Source: Bacteroidaceae bacterium
Lineage (GTDB): Bacteria > Bacteroidota > Bacteroidia > Bacteroidales > Bacteroidaceae
NCBI GenBank assembly: GCA_017615125.1
Contig: JAGAAS010000017.1
Span: 6,008 to 70,007, forward strand
DNA length: 64,000 bases
Reading direction: 5' to 3'
In this document: positions 17,135-25,895 of the stretch, piece by piece
Layout: every line of letters starts with the position of its first letter
Numbering within the stretch: the first letter of the stretch is position 1
Notes under the pieces: generated by a model
What the model saw: the letters and a program-made list of their open reading frames with translations, nothing else
Told to the model about the DNA's origin: nothing
Databases searched by the model: none
Position numbers and translations under genes: made by a program

Positions 17135-19114
17135 CTACTTGACTGAGAAGACGAAGACGTTGAAGGTTGCAGGAGCAATCGTCGTCTGCAGAACCGTACC
17201 GTCGATGGGTTGAACCAGCGAACGAGGCACGACAGCCTCGGGGTTCTCGAGCGTGTTGTCGAGCATCGGGTCGTCGGCATGAAGCACGATTCGCTCTCCG
17301 TCAACAAGCTTCTGCCCCTTCTTCAGCCCGTTGAAGTGAAGCGTGACGGAACGGTCTTCGCTATCGATATTTGCCACTTTGACGTAAATCTTGGAGGCAT
17401 TCTTGTCCACAACGGCTGATGCGTAGAGCCCGTCCTGCCCTTCGTTTCCGGCAACGGGTTTCTTGTTCTCGTCGAGCAGCGAAAGCACGTTGGTACCCTT
17501 GTAAGTGCTGTAGAGCTGCTGTACATAGTAGCTTGCGGTACGCACACTTCGGAGATTGTCGTACCAGATAAGGTCGGGACGCCATTGCCAGCCCTCGACG
17601 TGAGCGAAAAGCGGTGCATACGTAGCCATTCTGACGACGTCGGCGTTGCGTTCCAGCCCCGTCATGAAGGCTGCCTCGAGCAGCGAGGCGTTGAAGTGAT
17701 TGAACTTCTTGCCGTTGGCTCCGTGACAGGCATATTCGCCCGCAAACACTTTCGGTCCCTTGCGGCTGTAGTTGTCGTATCGGTTGGCATTCGCCTTAAA
17801 CCAACGCTCGGGAGCGTAGAAGTGCTCGTCCACGAGGTCAACCTTCATGCGACGCATCTCAGGCCAAAGGAAGTCGAACATTTCTCCCCCGTTGTAGGGC
17901 CCTGCGGTGCCAATAATCTGTATTTCGGGATGCTGCTTGCGCAGAGCCTGGATGAACGGCTCAGCATGATCGATGTACTCCTGCCCCCATTGCTCGTTGC
18001 CGACGGCAAGAAACTTCAGCCCGAAGGGTTCGGGGTGTCCCATCTCGGCACGAAGCTTGCCCCAAGGAGTATCTGTTCCTCCGTTGGCAAACTCGATAAG
18101 GTCGAGGGCATCCTGCACGTAGGGCTGCAGTTCATCGACAGGGACGTGCGCATTCTCGTCTGGGCCGTTCTGGAACTGACAGGCCAACCCGCAGCTGACA
18201 ACAGGGAGCGGAGCTGCGCCGATAGCCTCAGCCAGACAGAAGAACTCGAAGAAGCCCAGCCCGTAGGTCTGGAAATAGTCGGGGAAGAACCGATGGGTGA
18301 AGGTATAGTGCCAACGGTTCTCGTTGAGGGGACGATTCTCCACGGGGCCTACGCTATTCTTCCAGTTGTAGCGGGTAGCCAGATCGGTGCCTTCCACAAT
18401 GCATCCTCCGGGGAAACGGAACACGCCCGGATGCAAGTCGGCAAGCGCCTGCACCAAGTCGGCACGAAGCAGTCCCTTCCACGCGTCGGCAGGAAAGAGG
18501 GACACGTGATCCAGATCAACGCTGTTGTTGCCGACAAGGAAGATGCGCAGCTGCGCTTTCGGGTCGGTACGGGGCGATGTTATCGTCAGCTCGTAGCGCT
18601 TCCACTCGTTGCCGCTGACTGTCAGCTCGTCGCGGGTGAATTGCTGCGATTCCTCCATTGTGCTGGCATTCGCCAGCTCCACACGAATCTTGGCATCCTT
18701 GAATTCCTCGGGCACACGCGCCCAGACGCTGAACCGATACTCCTTGTCCTTCTCGACGGCGATGCCGAAGAAGCCCTCGTTGATGAGTGCCGTATGCTTG
18801 TCGTGATGTCCGCTGCTGCTGAGACGCACATAGTTGGGATTCCGTTCGAACGGCCCGTCGTTGCGCACCTCTACTTTGCCGGCAGCCTGCCATCCGGTAA
18901 GCGCATAGGGGAAATCAAAAGAACGGTTCTTCACTTTCTCGGCATAGAGCCCTCCGTCGGCACCGTAGTTGATGTCTTCGAAGAAGATGCCGTACATCGT
19001 GGAAGGGATGTCTGCACCGACTTTCTTCACGTTGATTTGCCAGTCGTGCCCGCTCTGCGCCTGAAGCATCAGGGCTGTCATTACTACTGTAAGGAATGCA
19101 AATGTCTTTCTCAT
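17135..19114 (-). CDS. Alpha-L-arabinofuranosidase, GH51, secreted
   Basis: 659 aa with signal peptide. YGIFFEDINYGADGGLYAE N-terminal block and a GNEQWG acid/base-type motif are typical of GH51. Confidence 0.85.
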   Translation of the reverse strand: MRKTFAFLTVVMTALMLQAQSGHDWQINVKKVGADIPSTMYGIFFEDINYGADGGLYAEKVKNRSFDFPYALTGWQAAGKVEVRNDGPFERNPNYVRLSSSGHHDKHTALINEGFFGIAVEKDKEYRFSVWARVPEEFKDAKIRVELANASTMEESQQFTRDELTVSGNEWKRYELTITSPRTDPKAQLRIFLVGNNSVDLDHVSLFPADAWKGLLRADLVQALADLHPGVFRFPGGCIVEGTDLATRYNWKNSVGPVENRPLNENRWHYTFTHRFFPDYFQTYGLGFFEFFCLAEAIGAAPLPVVSCGLACQFQNGPDENAHVPVDELQPYVQDALDLIEFANGGTDTPWGKLRAEMGHPEPFGLKFLAVGNEQWGQEYIDHAEPFIQALRKQHPEIQIIGTAGPYNGGEMFDFLWPEMRRMKVDLVDEHFYAPERWFKANANRYDNYSRKGPKVFAGEYACHGANGKKFNHFNASLLEAAFMTGLERNADVVRMATYAPLFAHVEGWQWRPDLIWYDNLRSVRTASYYVQQLYSTYKGTNVLSLLDENKKPVAGNEGQDGLYASAVVDKNASKIYVKVANIDSEDRSVTLHFNGLKKGQKLVDGERIVLHADDPMLDNTLENPEAVVPRSLVQPIDGTVLQTTIAPATFNVFVFSVK

Positions 19115-19204
19115 ATTGAATGTTGAATTAAGAATAATCTCAGAAAGTTTCTTCTCGTCAAGCGATACTCAAAGCATACGCTATCTGTCATCAGTCATCA
19201 CGCG

Positions 19205-20923
19205 TCATTCTCCTAAGCCGAACAACGCTATAGGGTCCCAGCCGTCATTTCCTGCAAGCACTTGGCGGGTATCGTACTCCTTCAAGTCTTTCTCGCGAAG
19301 ACGATGTGCCCATTTCACACGCGCCTTGTCGTTGGCACCGCTGCCCGTGCTCCCATACTCCGCGAAGAAAGCTCGTTTCTCTGCCTCCTTCTTTCCCCAG
19401 TTGTGCCAGCCCTCGGGACGGATGTGAGCACCCATCCGGCAACGGATGAACGCCGCGCGGGCATACTCGCGCCAAGGGCGTCCCAGATAAGCCTTCACGC
19501 CTTCGGCTGCCGTCAAGTTACAATCGTGGAACACATAGCCCGCTCCATCGCCCTTATCCGTCGAAGGAGCCGTGAGGTAGCCGTCGGCTACGCTATGAAT
19601 GGTGCAACGGTCAAAGACGGCTGTGCTCCAGCCAAAGATAAAATCGACAGATCCTTCCACGTAGCAGTCCCGGAAGTACTGACGGCTTCGCCGCGCCCAG
19701 TTGTAGAGCGTATCTTGAAAGCCCAGAAAGCGGCAACGGTTGAATACCACCCTGTCGGCACCGACGAAACAGGCGACAGCCTGCCCCACAGGACCTGCCG
19801 AGTTGCGGAACGTGACGCCTTCGCAATAGAAGTCGGGCGCCCAGAGGTAACACGATGCCGAGCCGCTTGTACTGCAGTCATCTCCGAAGGTGTTCTTCTT
19901 TGCGGCATAATCGGAGCCCGTTACGACGGCGCCCTCCTGCCCTATCAGGCTGACGTTGATTTTCGAGGGAGGAACCGTAACCTTCTCGTCATAGTCTCCC
20001 GCACGCAGGAGGATTGTCGTGCGATGATTCTTGCTGAAGTCGGGTACAGCATTGATTGCCTCCTGCAACGTAAAGAAATCGCCCGAGCCGTCCTTCGCAA
20101 CCACAAAGTCATAGTGACGGACAAAGGGAGCCAGCGCAGGAACAGACTCGGCCATAGCATCCACCAAGAGTCCTGCGACTACCCGTCCTCCGTAAACATT
20201 AAGGTGCGTGTTGTCTATCCTTCCTTCGGGAACAGCCCAGTTCGTCTTCGGCTCAACGTGCATGAACAGTTTCTTCGACTCGTCGCGCCCCAGTCCTTGC
20301 ACCAGTTCGTGCGTGATACGGTTGGCATCCACAAAGGGAACTCCCAGCTCCTTAGCGACGTTGCGGGGGCTGTCCAGATAGGCACCATGCGTGTCGTACA
20401 GAATCAGCCCTTCGCCGCTCTCGTCCACGTCGGAAGGCTTCTGGCGGCTGTCTGTGGCAACGAGGCTGTCGGCAGGCGCCTTGAAGTTGCGCCGCACGAT
20501 AGCATTCATCAGGATAGGTGTGGCTCCCCGCTCCAAGGTCTCCTGGCAGAAGCGCCGCAGGTTGGCGTCGAACGTGCTTCCCGGCTCCGTATGACGGTCT
20601 TCCTTCGGCTTCTCGTCGTTGTGTCCGAACTGGATGACGACATAGTCGCCCTCCTTCATCTTCTTCAGCACCGCATCCCAGCGCCCCTCGTCGATAAAGC
20701 TCTTGGAACTGCGCCCGTTCACCGCATGATTGTCAACAATGATGTCTCCTGTAAAGAATCCCGGCAGCATCATACCCCAGCCCCGCTCCGGCGCCCCGTC
20801 GCGAATCGACTTGTTGGCCATCGTCGAGTCGCCTATCATGAAGATGACAGGCTTGCGCTTCCCGTCGTCGGCAGCTGCGAGCACCAACAAGGCTGCTAAG
20901 GCAAAGAGGAGGTATTTCTTCAT
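19205..20923 (-). CDS. Bifunctional pectin esterase: SGNH/CE12 rhamnogalacturonan acetylesterase-like N-domain plus CE8 pectin methylesterase C-domain
   Basis: 572 aa from MKKYLLFALAALL (ATG at 20923-20921). SGNH domain motifs are GDSTM and IDNTHLN. CE8 motifs are GFQDTLY, DFIFG and LGRPW. The track ORF 19205..21907 over-extends into antisense of rfbA. Confidence 0.85.
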   Translation of the reverse strand: MKKYLLFALAALLVLAAADDGKRKPVIFMIGDSTMANKSIRDGAPERGWGMMLPGFFTGDIIVDNHAVNGRSSKSFIDEGRWDAVLKKMKEGDYVVIQFGHNDEKPKEDRHTEPGSTFDANLRRFCQETLERGATPILMNAIVRRNFKAPADSLVATDSRQKPSDVDESGEGLILYDTHGAYLDSPRNVAKELGVPFVDANRITHELVQGLGRDESKKLFMHVEPKTNWAVPEGRIDNTHLNVYGGRVVAGLLVDAMAESVPALAPFVRHYDFVVAKDGSGDFFTLQEAINAVPDFSKNHRTTILLRAGDYDEKVTVPPSKINVSLIGQEGAVVTGSDYAAKKNTFGDDCSTSGSASCYLWAPDFYCEGVTFRNSAGPVGQAVACFVGADRVVFNRCRFLGFQDTLYNWARRSRQYFRDCYVEGSVDFIFGWSTAVFDRCTIHSVADGYLTAPSTDKGDGAGYVFHDCNLTAAEGVKAYLGRPWREYARAAFIRCRMGAHIRPEGWHNWGKKEAEKRAFFAEYGSTGSGANDKARVKWAHRLREKDLKEYDTRQVLAGNDGWDPIALFGLGE

Positions 20924-20940
20924 AGAATCCGATTTTGGGA

Positions 20941-20948
20941 CAAATATA
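20941..20948 (-). promoter_or_regulatory. -7 box (TATATTTG on minus) for the CE12-CE8/GH51 operon
   Basis: Plus-strand CAAATATA lies 18 bp upstream of the ATG at 20923, which supports that start. Confidence 0.5.
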
Positions 20949-21043
20949 TATAAAAAGGAGGAAAAAACATCATGCCGAGGATGGAAACTTCCGTCAAGCC
21001 TGCATTTTTTTTGCCAACGGGATTGCATAAGCGAAAAAATAGT

Positions 21044-21051
21044 TATCTTTG
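21044..21051 (+). promoter_or_regulatory. -7 box TATCTTTG upstream of rfbA
   Basis: Exact TAnnTTTG, 44 bp before the ATG at 21095. Confidence 0.45.
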
Positions 21052-21094
21052 TGCCTACATCTGAATATTTCATTGTAATTAGGAATAAAGCGCC

Positions 21095-21961
21095 ATGAAA
21101 GGAATCATACTGGCAGGAGGATGCGCCACGCGCCTCTTCCCTCTCTCGAAAGCCATCAGCAAGCAGATCATGCCTGTCTACGACAAGCCCATGATTTACT
21201 ACCCTCTGACGGTACTCATGCTTGCAGGCATCCGCGACGTGCTCATTATCAGCACGCCACGCGACCTGCCCATGTTTGAGCAGCTGCTCGGCCCGGGCGA
21301 CGACCTGGGGATGAAGATCCAATACAAGGTACAGCTGGAGGCCAACGGGCTCGCTCAGGCCTTCGTGCTGGGTGCCGACTTCCTGAACGGAGAGCCGGGA
21401 TGCCTCATCCTGGGCGACAACATCTTCTTCGGACGGGGATTCAGCGCTATGCTGAAGCGCGCCTCCTCCATCGAAAAGGGAGCCTGCATCTTCGGCTATT
21501 ACGTGAAAGACCCCCGCGCCTACGGAGTGGCCGAGATGGACGAGAAAGGCAACGTCCTCTCGCTGGAGGAGAAGCCCGCACAGCCCAAGAGCCATTATGC
21601 CGTTCCCGGGCTCTACTTCTACGACAGCACCGTCACCGAGAAGGCGCTCCGCCTGAAGCCCTCGGCCCGCGGCGAGTACGAGATCACCGACCTCAACCGG
21701 CTCTACCTCGAGGAGGGAACGCTCCACATGGAAGTCTTCGGACGCGGCTTCGCCTGGCTCGACACAGGCAACTGTGACAGCCTGCTCGACGCCTCCAACT
21801 TCGTGGCAACCATCCAGAAGCGGCAGGGCTTCTACGTCAGCTGCATCGAGGAAATCGCCTGGCGCAATGGCTGGATAGACTCCGCAAAGCTTGCCGAGCT
21901 GGGACACCGCCTAGAAAAGACCTCCTACGGACAGTACCTGCTTGAACTTGCCAAACTCTAA
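21095..21961 (+). CDS. rfbA: Glucose-1-phosphate thymidylyltransferase
   Basis: 288 aa with MKGIILAGGCATRLFPLS N-terminus and the characteristic RfbA C-terminal half (YVSCIEEIAWRNGWI). Confidence 0.95.
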   Translation: MKGIILAGGCATRLFPLSKAISKQIMPVYDKPMIYYPLTVLMLAGIRDVLIISTPRDLPMFEQLLGPGDDLGMKIQYKVQLEANGLAQAFVLGADFLNGEPGCLILGDNIFFGRGFSAMLKRASSIEKGACIFGYYVKDPRAYGVAEMDEKGNVLSLEEKPAQPKSHYAVPGLYFYDSTVTEKALRLKPSARGEYEITDLNRLYLEEGTLHMEVFGRGFAWLDTGNCDSLLDASNFVATIQKRQGFYVSCIEEIAWRNGWIDSAKLAELGHRLEKTSYGQYLLELAKL

Positions 21962-21974
21962 TCTGCACACCTCT

Positions 21975-23108
21975 ATGAAACGCACTATCATCATCACCGG
22001 CGGAGCCGGATTCATCGGCAGTCACGTCGTCAGGCTCTTCGTCAACAAATATCCCGACTACCATATCATCAATGTCGACAAGCTTACCTACGCCGGCAAC
22101 CTTGCCAACCTGAAGGATGTTGAGGACAAGCCCAACTACACCTTCGTGAAAGCCGACATCTGCGACTTCGACACCATCTACGCCCTCATGCAGCGCGAGC
22201 ACGTCGACGGCATCATCCACCTTGCCGCCGAGAGCCACGTCGACCGCTCCATCAAGGACCCGTTCACCTTCGCCCGCACGAACGTGATGGGAACGCTCTC
22301 GATGCTGCAGGCCGCCAAACTCTACTGGGAGTCGCTGCCCGAGCGCTACGAGGGAAAGCGTTTCTACCACATCTCCACCGACGAGGTGTACGGAGCGCTC
22401 GAGATGACACACCCCGAGGGCATCGAGCCGCCCTTCACCACGAAGGCATCGTCGGGCAACCACCTCGCCTACGGCGAAGCGTTCTTCACCGAAGACCTGA
22501 AGTACCAGCCCCACAGTCCCTACAGCGCCGCAAAGGCATCGTCCGACCATTTCGTACGCGCCTACCACGATACCTACGGTCTGCCCACCGTCGTCACCAA
22601 CTGCTCCAACAACTACGGGCCCTACCAGTTCCCCGAGAAGCTGATACCCCTCTTCATCAACAACATACGCAACCGCAAGCCCCTGCCCGTCTATGGCAAG
22701 GGCGAGAACGTGCGCGACTGGCTCTACGTCGAGGATCATGCCCGCGCCATCGACCTCATCTTCCACGAGGGAGCCGTAAACGAGACATACAACATCGGCG
22801 GCTTCAACGAATGGAAGAACATCGACATCATCCGCGTGCTTATCCGCACCGTCGACCGCCTGCTGGGCCGCCCCGAAGGTGCCGATATGGACCTCATCAC
22901 CTTCGTCACCGACCGTGCGGGACACGACCTGCGCTACGCCATCGACAGCAGCAAGCTCCAGCGGGAACTCGGCTGGGAGCCCACCCTGCAGTTCGAGGAG
23001 GGCATCGAGAAAACCGTCCGCTGGTATCTCGACAACCAGGCCTGGCTCGACAACGTCACCTCCGGCGACTATCAGAACTACTACGAGCAGATGTACAAGA
23101 ACCGATAA
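21975..23108 (+). CDS. rfbB: dTDP-glucose 4,6-dehydratase
   Basis: Start moved to [17 protein letters not shown] (ATG 21975). YSAAKASSD (YxxxK) present. 377 aa. Confidence 0.95.
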   Translation: MKRTIIITGGAGFIGSHVVRLFVNKYPDYHIINVDKLTYAGNLANLKDVEDKPNYTFVKADICDFDTIYALMQREHVDGIIHLAAESHVDRSIKDPFTFARTNVMGTLSMLQAAKLYWESLPERYEGKRFYHISTDEVYGALEMTHPEGIEPPFTTKASSGNHLAYGEAFFTEDLKYQPHSPYSAAKASSDHFVRAYHDTYGLPTVVTNCSNNYGPYQFPEKLIPLFINNIRNRKPLPVYGKGENVRDWLYVEDHARAIDLIFHEGAVNETYNIGGFNEWKNIDIIRVLIRTVDRLLGRPEGADMDLITFVTDRAGHDLRYAIDSSKLQRELGWEPTLQFEEGIEKTVRWYLDNQAWLDNVTSGDYQNYYEQMYKNR

Positions 23109-23136
23109 AAAACAATCATAAAACAGTCTATTACTT

Positions 23137-24747
23137 ATGTTAACGCAAGAAAATAATCTCTACATCGCCCATTGCGAAGAGGGCGCGCTGAATCTGTGTG
23201 GGAAAATGGCCAACCGTCACGGACTGGTGGCTGGTGCCACAGGTACCGGAAAGACCGTCACCCTGCAAGTGATTGCCGAAACCTTCTGCCAGGCAGGCGT
23301 TCCCTGCTTCATGGCCGACATGAAGGGCGACCTGAGCGGCATCAGCCAGCCAGGCAAGCTGAGCAGCTTCATCGAGAAGCGCATGCCCGAGTTCGGCATC
23401 GAGAACCCCCAGTTTGCAGGATGCCCCGTACGCTTCTACGATGTCTTTGGCGAGCAGGGACACCCCATGCGCACCACCATCAGCAACATGGGACCCCAGC
23501 TGCTCTCGCGCCTCATGAGCCTCAACGAGACGCAGACGGGTGTGCTCAACATCGTCTTCCGCATCGCCGACGAGCGCGGCCTGCTGCTGCTCGACATTAA
23601 GGACCTCCGCGCTATGCTCAACTACGTGAGCGAGCACGCTAAGGAGTACACCACCACCTACGGAACCGTTTCGGCGCTGAGCGTCGGCGCCATCCAGCGC
23701 GCCCTGCTCGTGCTCGAGGAACAGGGTGCCAACCAGTTCTTCGGCGAGCCCTCGTTCGACATCTTCGACCTCCTCGCCAATGAAGGCGGCAAGGGCGTGA
23801 TGAGCGTGCTCGCTGCCGACAAGCTCATGCTCAACCCTAAGCTCTACAGCACCTTCCTCCTCTGGCTGCTCTCCGAGCTGTACGTGCAGCTGCCCGAAGT
23901 GGGCGACATGGACCTCCCGCGCCTCGTCTTCTTCTTCGACGAAGCCCACATGCTGTTCACCGACACCCCCAAAGCCCTCCTTGACAAGATAGAGCAAGTC
24001 GTCCGCCTCATCCGAAGCAAGGGCGTCGGTGTCTACTTCGTCACCCAGAATCCTACCGACATACCCGAGACCGTGCTTGGGCAGCTGGGCAACCGCGTAC
24101 AGCACGCCCTGCGCGCCTACACCCCACGCGACCAGAAGGCCGTGCGCGTAGCCGCCGAGACCTTCCGCGCCAACCCCGCCTTCGACACCGCCCAGGCCAT
24201 CACCGAGCTGGCAACGGGCGAAGCCCTCGTCTCCTTCCTCGACGAGAAGGGAGCGCCCTCCATCGTCCAGCGCGCAAAGATACTCTTCCCCCTGAGCCAG
24301 ATCGGCGCCATCAGCGACTCCGAGCGCGAGCAGATCATCAACCGCAGCCGCATCTACGGCAAATATGACAAGATGATCGACCGTGAGAGCGCCTTTGAGG
24401 TACTCCTTGCCGAGAGCGAGGCAGCTGCCAAGGAAGCAGAGGAAGCCGCCGCCCGCGAGCTCGCCGAAAAGGAGAAGGAAGAGAAGAAGTCGCGCACAGG
24501 AAAGGTAGCCACCAAAGCCTCAGGCAAGAAAGGCGAGAAGGGCGTAGGCCAGGTAGTGGCAGGAGCCGTCGTCACCGCTGTCACCGCTAGCGTAGGCAGC
24601 GCCATCGGCAAGGAGGTGAAGAAAGCCGTGAAGGGAAAGTCCAAGAGCGGCTCCGTGAAAGGTGCTGCCGCCACAGCCGCAGGCAACGCTGCCAGCTCAG
24701 CCACAAGGCAAATCCTCCGCTCCATCCTCGGCACCATACTCAAGTAG
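23137..24747 (+). CDS. DUF853/YjgR-like P-loop ATPase (HerA-like)
   Basis: 536 aa with Walker A GATGTGKT and Walker B-like LVFFFDEAH. Charged then Gly/Ala/Lys-rich C-terminal tail, as in YjgR-type proteins. Confidence 0.8.
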   Translation: MLTQENNLYIAHCEEGALNLCGKMANRHGLVAGATGTGKTVTLQVIAETFCQAGVPCFMADMKGDLSGISQPGKLSSFIEKRMPEFGIENPQFAGCPVRFYDVFGEQGHPMRTTISNMGPQLLSRLMSLNETQTGVLNIVFRIADERGLLLLDIKDLRAMLNYVSEHAKEYTTTYGTVSALSVGAIQRALLVLEEQGANQFFGEPSFDIFDLLANEGGKGVMSVLAADKLMLNPKLYSTFLLWLLSELYVQLPEVGDMDLPRLVFFFDEAHMLFTDTPKALLDKIEQVVRLIRSKGVGVYFVTQNPTDIPETVLGQLGNRVQHALRAYTPRDQKAVRVAAETFRANPAFDTAQAITELATGEALVSFLDEKGAPSIVQRAKILFPLSQIGAISDSEREQIINRSRIYGKYDKMIDRESAFEVLLAESEAAAKEAEEAAARELAEKEKEEKKSRTGKVATKASGKKGEKGVGQVVAGAVVTAVTASVGSAIGKEVKKAVKGKSKSGSVKGAAATAAGNAASSATRQILRSILGTILK

Positions 24748-24788
24748 CCCCACCGAGGAAACAAACCCTATTTTAAGGTTATTCCTTC

Positions 24789-24822
24789 AGCCCGGTATCG
24801 GAAACGATATCGGGCTTTTTTG
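24789..24822 (+). terminator. Rho-independent terminator after the DUF853 gene
   Basis: AGCCCGGTATCG-gaaa-CGATATCGGGCT (one G-T pair) followed by TTTTTT. Confidence 0.7.
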
Positions 24823-24935
24823 TCAATCAGCTGAGTGCCCGAGCAATCGCCAGCACATCGCCCAGAAGGCGTTCAAAGAGGTCATCTACGCTAACGAGAA
24901 TTAAGTCTGTAGAGAAGAAGTAAACACTAACAACT

Positions 24936-25084
24936 ATCTCAAATCTCAGTCTCAGTAATAAAAAAATGACACAAATAAAATGAAAAACAGCTTTTATAGA
25001 CATTATAACTTATTAATAATTAAATATATATATAATAATATAATGTTATGCTATACGCCATTTATTAAGGCTGAGATTTGAGAT
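24936..25084. repeat. Inverted repeat (14-bp arms) enclosing a very AT-rich 121-bp spacer
   Basis: ATCTCAAATCTCAG at 24936-24949 and its exact complement CTGAGATTTGAGAT at 25071-25084. TAATAAA/TTTATTA extensions flank them, and the spacer is nearly all A/T. Confidence 0.7.
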
Positions 25085-25133
25085 TGAGATGGCATTTTAA
25101 GCGATTAACAACCATTTAAATTCTTATAAATCA

Positions 25134-25556
25134 ATGCTATATAATATATTTGACAGCATCTCACCGAAGATGCCTAACCCTGCAAAAGGCACGGAATTTA
25201 TCAAATTACTCCTCTCCCAGGCCTCTAGAGACATGCGTGAGCCGCTGGTTCCGATGGCAATTCCTGCACTTGCCACCCATTTAAGCGATGTTGAGTTCAA
25301 ATATTGCGACAACAAATACTATGAACTTTGCGGACAGATGGGGCATTTGATAGGGACCTCGGGTATCGGAAAGGCTCAATTAACCCATCTCATAGAGGCT
25401 ATTATGCGTTCGTTTCGAGAACATGATGAGACGGAATACAAGAAACTCGTCGAGTGGCAGCGACAGGTGAAGACACGAGGCTGCTTACAATCCGTAACTT
25501 GTCGATTTGCCCAAAATTACCCCCTCGTTTTCCTGAACTTACCCTCCCTTTTTTGA
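25134..25556 (+). pseudogene. Truncated N-terminal fragment of a mobile-element-type protein (DUF3987-like, tentative)
   Basis: 140-aa ORF, lower GC than its neighbours. The PMAIPALATHL...GHLIGTSGIGKAQ pattern resembles N-termini of DUF3987-type CTn/phage proteins. Protein-like sequence ends near 25490 and the reading frame then runs into non-coding repeats. The likely true start is the Met at 25170. Confidence 0.4.
25145..25152 (+). promoter_or_regulatory. -7 box TATATTTG upstream of the truncated gene
   Basis: Exact TAnnTTTG, 18 bp before the in-frame ATG at 25170. Confidence 0.4.
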
Positions 25557-25580
25557 ACCCTTCCCCCCTGTTTTCCGTAG
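25517..25580. repeat. Three degenerate direct repeats with ~22-bp period
   Basis: TTACCCCCTCGTTTTCCTGAAC / TTACCCTCCCTTTTTTGAACCC / TTCCCCCCTGTTTTCCGTAG, followed by two TTTTCGCA motifs at 25592-25621. Confidence 0.55.
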
Positions 25581-25650
25581 TCGACCTGCCATTTTCGCAA
25601 ACTTAAAATCCAGTTTTCGCACCCTTCACTACTCACTTACATTCTTTAAC

Positions 25651-25835
25651 AAGCTTGTTTTTCGAGAACCGATGGAGCAGCGAGAGAAAAGAGAAACTGA
25701 AAAGAACGGCTTCATCTTTTCCGAGTCACGACAGAGGAAGAGCATATGAAAAATATACTCAAGGAATAAAGATTTTTGCTAGGAGAAAAAAGAATTATGA
25801 AGAAAGAATCTCGCCGGATTCCTTCTCGAAAAAAA
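25651..25835. repeat. Intergenic mosaic repeat family, copy 4 (inverted relative to copy 2)
   Basis: 25658-25682 is the exact reverse complement of 13519-13543 (25/25). 25723-25764 matches rc 13446-13487 at 38/42. It also carries the module TATGAAGAAAGAATCTCGCC...CCTTCTCGAAAAAAA. Confidence 0.8.
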
Positions 25836-25885
25836 GGACCTTAAGGTCTTTAGGGACTTTAACGACCTTAGGGACATTAAGGTCC
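25829..25885 (-). terminator. Long hairpin plus T-run downstream of the 558-aa lipoprotein gene
   Basis: GGACCTTAA...TTAAGGTCC outer stem (25836-25885) with an internal GACCTTAAGGTC palindrome. On the minus strand it is followed by TTTTTTT. Confidence 0.6.
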
Positions 25886-25895
25886 TTAAAAAAAC

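Noticed and set aside
17585-20899. 513-aa and 545-aa plus-strand ORFs (17585..19126 and 19262..20899)
   Set aside because: They are antisense to the GH51 and CE12-CE8 genes, have no motifs and have shadow-ORF composition.
20924-21907. N-terminal 327 aa of the 900-aa minus-strand ORF 19205..21907
   Set aside because: This part is antisense to the clear rfbA gene and has no protein-like features. A signal peptide (MKKYLLFALAALL) and a -7 box mark the real start at 20923.
21837-24105. 362-aa and 321-aa minus-strand ORFs (21837..22925 and 23140..24105)
   Set aside because: They are antisense to the rfbB and DUF853 ATPase genes, both of which have unambiguous motifs on the plus strand.
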